Positions 61,816-64,000 of a stretch of DNA of 64,000 nucleotides are shown one piece after another. The notes beneath the pieces are model-generated. The model saw nothing but the letters and a program-made list of their open reading frames with translations, was not told the origin of the DNA and did not search any database. Position 1 is the first letter of the stretch. Each line of letters opens with the position of its first letter. Source of the stretch: Felis catus. Taxonomy: Eukaryota. Made by a program: the position numbers and the translations under genes. The stretch lies in the NCBI RefSeq assembly GCF_018350175.1, contig NC_058375.1, positions 3,224,001 to 3,288,000 of the forward strand, given 5' to 3'.

Positions 61816-62418
61816 GAGAATCTGGTTGTTCATCCACAGGGCTACGAGGAGCTCCCTTGAGCTGGCAGACCTGTGGGTGAGCGTTCCCTGCACACCTCCC
61901 TGCACACTTGCAGCAGCATTGGGAAATGCAGCCGCGTGCAGAGACCCCTCCCACCTGGGAGCTGTCACCCCCCCCCCGCCCCCCTCCCCTCCTCTCCCCA
62001 CCCCACAAGTGCACCAAGGCTCTCCAAGGAGGCGAGGGTGGAGGGATGAGCGTCCTCCCGGGCACTGCCCATCTGCCTCTGTGAGCCGGAGTTGGCTGGA
62101 AACAGCAGCCTGATTAATAAAACTCACGAGTAGAACCCGAGGTCAACACTCACAGGCTCCCAATAAACAGCCCGTAGATTGAATCTCATGGCCCCAAAAG
62201 GGTGAGCTTTGGCCGAAGGCACCGAGGCACTAATGAAGACTCCCCCTGCCTGCCGCTCCTGCGAGGTGGGTGGGGGCTCGGGTGGGAGTTACATTCTGCT
62301 CAGGAGCGGAGGCTGGTGGGATTTCCAGGCTCCCCAGTTTGTTGCCATGGAGAAGGAGTTGGATGGCTTTAATACAGCTGTGCGGATGTCTCCCCCGAGA
62401 CGTGCCATGACAAGTTGG

Positions 62419-62550
62419 NNNNNNNNNNNNNNNNNNNNNNNNNNNNNNNNNNNNNNNNNNNNNNNNNNNNNNNNNNNNNNNNNNNNNNNNNNNNNNNNNN
62501 NNNNNNNNNNNNNNNNNNNNNNNNNNNNNNNNNNNNNNNNNNNNNNNNNN
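62419..62550. other. Assembly gap (N run)
   Basis: N run. Confidence 1.
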
Positions 62551-63161
62551 AGAGACACACACAATGCAGCCAATGGTTCCCAGCAAGCTTCCGTGGCGCG
62601 GCATCTTGGGCCTGGGGAGTCTGCCCGGAGCTAATGACCGCCTCCTGCAGGCCCCGAGGACACCAGGCCACTCCAGGTCCCAGCTGGCTCTGAGCCCACG
62701 TCTGCTTAATCCCGCCACGTGTGGCTACTGGTGCTTTTTAAATCAAGGCATCCGTCCGCCCCTCCCCACCAGCTCCTCAGCCAAGTGCGCCGGGCCTCCC
62801 TGGAGGAGAAGGCTGGGCGTTGGGGGCTGCGGGAATCCGCAGAAATGTGAGTCTCTGGGACCTCCTGGCAGGGCTTTCACTGGGGGAGCTCCTCCCTGCC
62901 ACCTGGGGACTCCTTATCCAGCCAGACCCAAGTGGAGCAGGACATTCCATGCACAGGCCAGAGTGACCCACGACCTGTGCCAGCCAGGGACAGGGCACTG
63001 TAAGTCTGGCCGGTTACAAGTGAACCTTCAGGCGGGCACCCGGGACTGGGCCGGCAGGAAGCTGATGACGACAGAGGAGAGAGAGCAAACAGGGGACACG
63101 GACCAGGACTCAGTACTTTCCACAGCTCCCAGGGATCTCCTCTTCCATTCCCGTGTGTGGT

Positions 63162-63910
63162 TGTATTAGCCACTCCTTTTACGTTCCGTATTCTGCTGCT
63201 CTGACGTCTTGGGGCCCCTTGCTGACCCTGGAGGGCCTGCCTCTCTCAGGGCCGGCCCATTCCCAGAGACGCTCACCAGCTCAGTTGTGAGCAAGTGCTT
63301 CCAAATTCAAACCAGCCAATGCAGAGCCCACATCCCATCACTTTCTCTATCAGCTCTCAATGCCAGCTTACCACCCGCCTGCTCTGAGCACCTCAGGGCA
63401 CATACCGGACAACTAGGGATGTCCTGGAGCCCATTGAAATTATTCAAACTAGGGGCGCCTGGGTGGCGCAGTCGGTTAAGCGTCCGACTTCAGCCAGGTC
63501 ACGATCTCGCAGTCCGTGGGTTCGAGCCCCGCGTTGGGCTCTGGGCTGATGGCTCAGAGCCTGGAGCCTGTTTCCGATTCTGTGTCTCCCTCTCTCTCTG
63601 CCCCTCCCCCGTTCATGCTCCTCTGTCTCTCTCTGTCCCAAAAATAAATAAACGTTGAAATTTTTCAAACTAGCCAGTTCTACACCTGCTCACCCTCATC
63701 CGCTCCCTCCCATGGAAACCACGTTTTTTTTCCTTCTCCCTTCTGCTTCCTCATCAACCCTGGTGCTTCCCTGTGTGGCCCTGGACGGCACGATGTGGCC
63801 TCCCTGCCTTGGGATCTGTGAGCATAACAAGCCATCTTTTCAATGGCAGTAATTCTCTGATCTGGTGGCCTTGCCATACTTAAATAATAACAAACCCATG
63901 TGTTAAAACA
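63162..63910 (+). mobile_element. Solo ERVL-class LTR (MER54-like)
   Basis: TG...CA termini, perfect 5-bp TSD GTGGT (63157-63161, 63911-63915); CTTGCTGACCCTGGAGGG and CCCTGGTGCTTCCCTGTGTGGCCCTG recall MER54. Confidence 0.85.
63452..63657 (+). mobile_element. Young SINEC_Fc inserted in the LTR
   Basis: TSD GAAATT(A/T)TTCAAACTA. Confidence 0.95.
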
Positions 63911-64000
63911 GTGGTGCGGAGAGACTCTATCCTGACCCACTTTCCGCCTGATCTCCTGCTGAGGTTACATGTTGGGGTTACATCCCCCAACTCCCAGGCC

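Overview
This is mammalian DNA, very probably from a felid. The window carries about 20 carnivore tRNA-derived Can-SINEs, several of the young felid SINEC_Fc type, plus carnivore/felid L1 3' ends, old eutherian L1M/HAL1, L2 and MIR, MaLR/ERVL/ERV1 solo LTRs and hAT DNA-transposon fossils. Four short N gaps point to a scaffolded draft assembly. I recognise no host protein-coding exon, RNA gene or CRISPR array; the only ORFs with recognisable protein are L1 ORF2 C-terminal relics. The unique DNA is GC-rich but interrupted by AT-rich, repeat-free islands dense in homeodomain-type motifs, which suggests an enhancer-bearing gene desert or large intron (inference only). The most unusual structures are: (1) an 8-unit ~34-bp CpG-rich minisatellite at 44553-44825 whose units each carry a KLF/SP box and two small palindromes, one with a variable 4-nt loop; (2) two composite SINE structures (41372-42187 and 53120-53511) in which non-SINE DNA lies inside a single pair of target-site duplications (TSDs), suggesting SINE-templated capture of DNA from another locus or assembly chimerism; (3) a twin-primed, 5'-inverted L1. 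Repeat family names come from memory of consensus sequences, not a database search, and boundaries of old repeats are approximate. I found no new multi-gene system.
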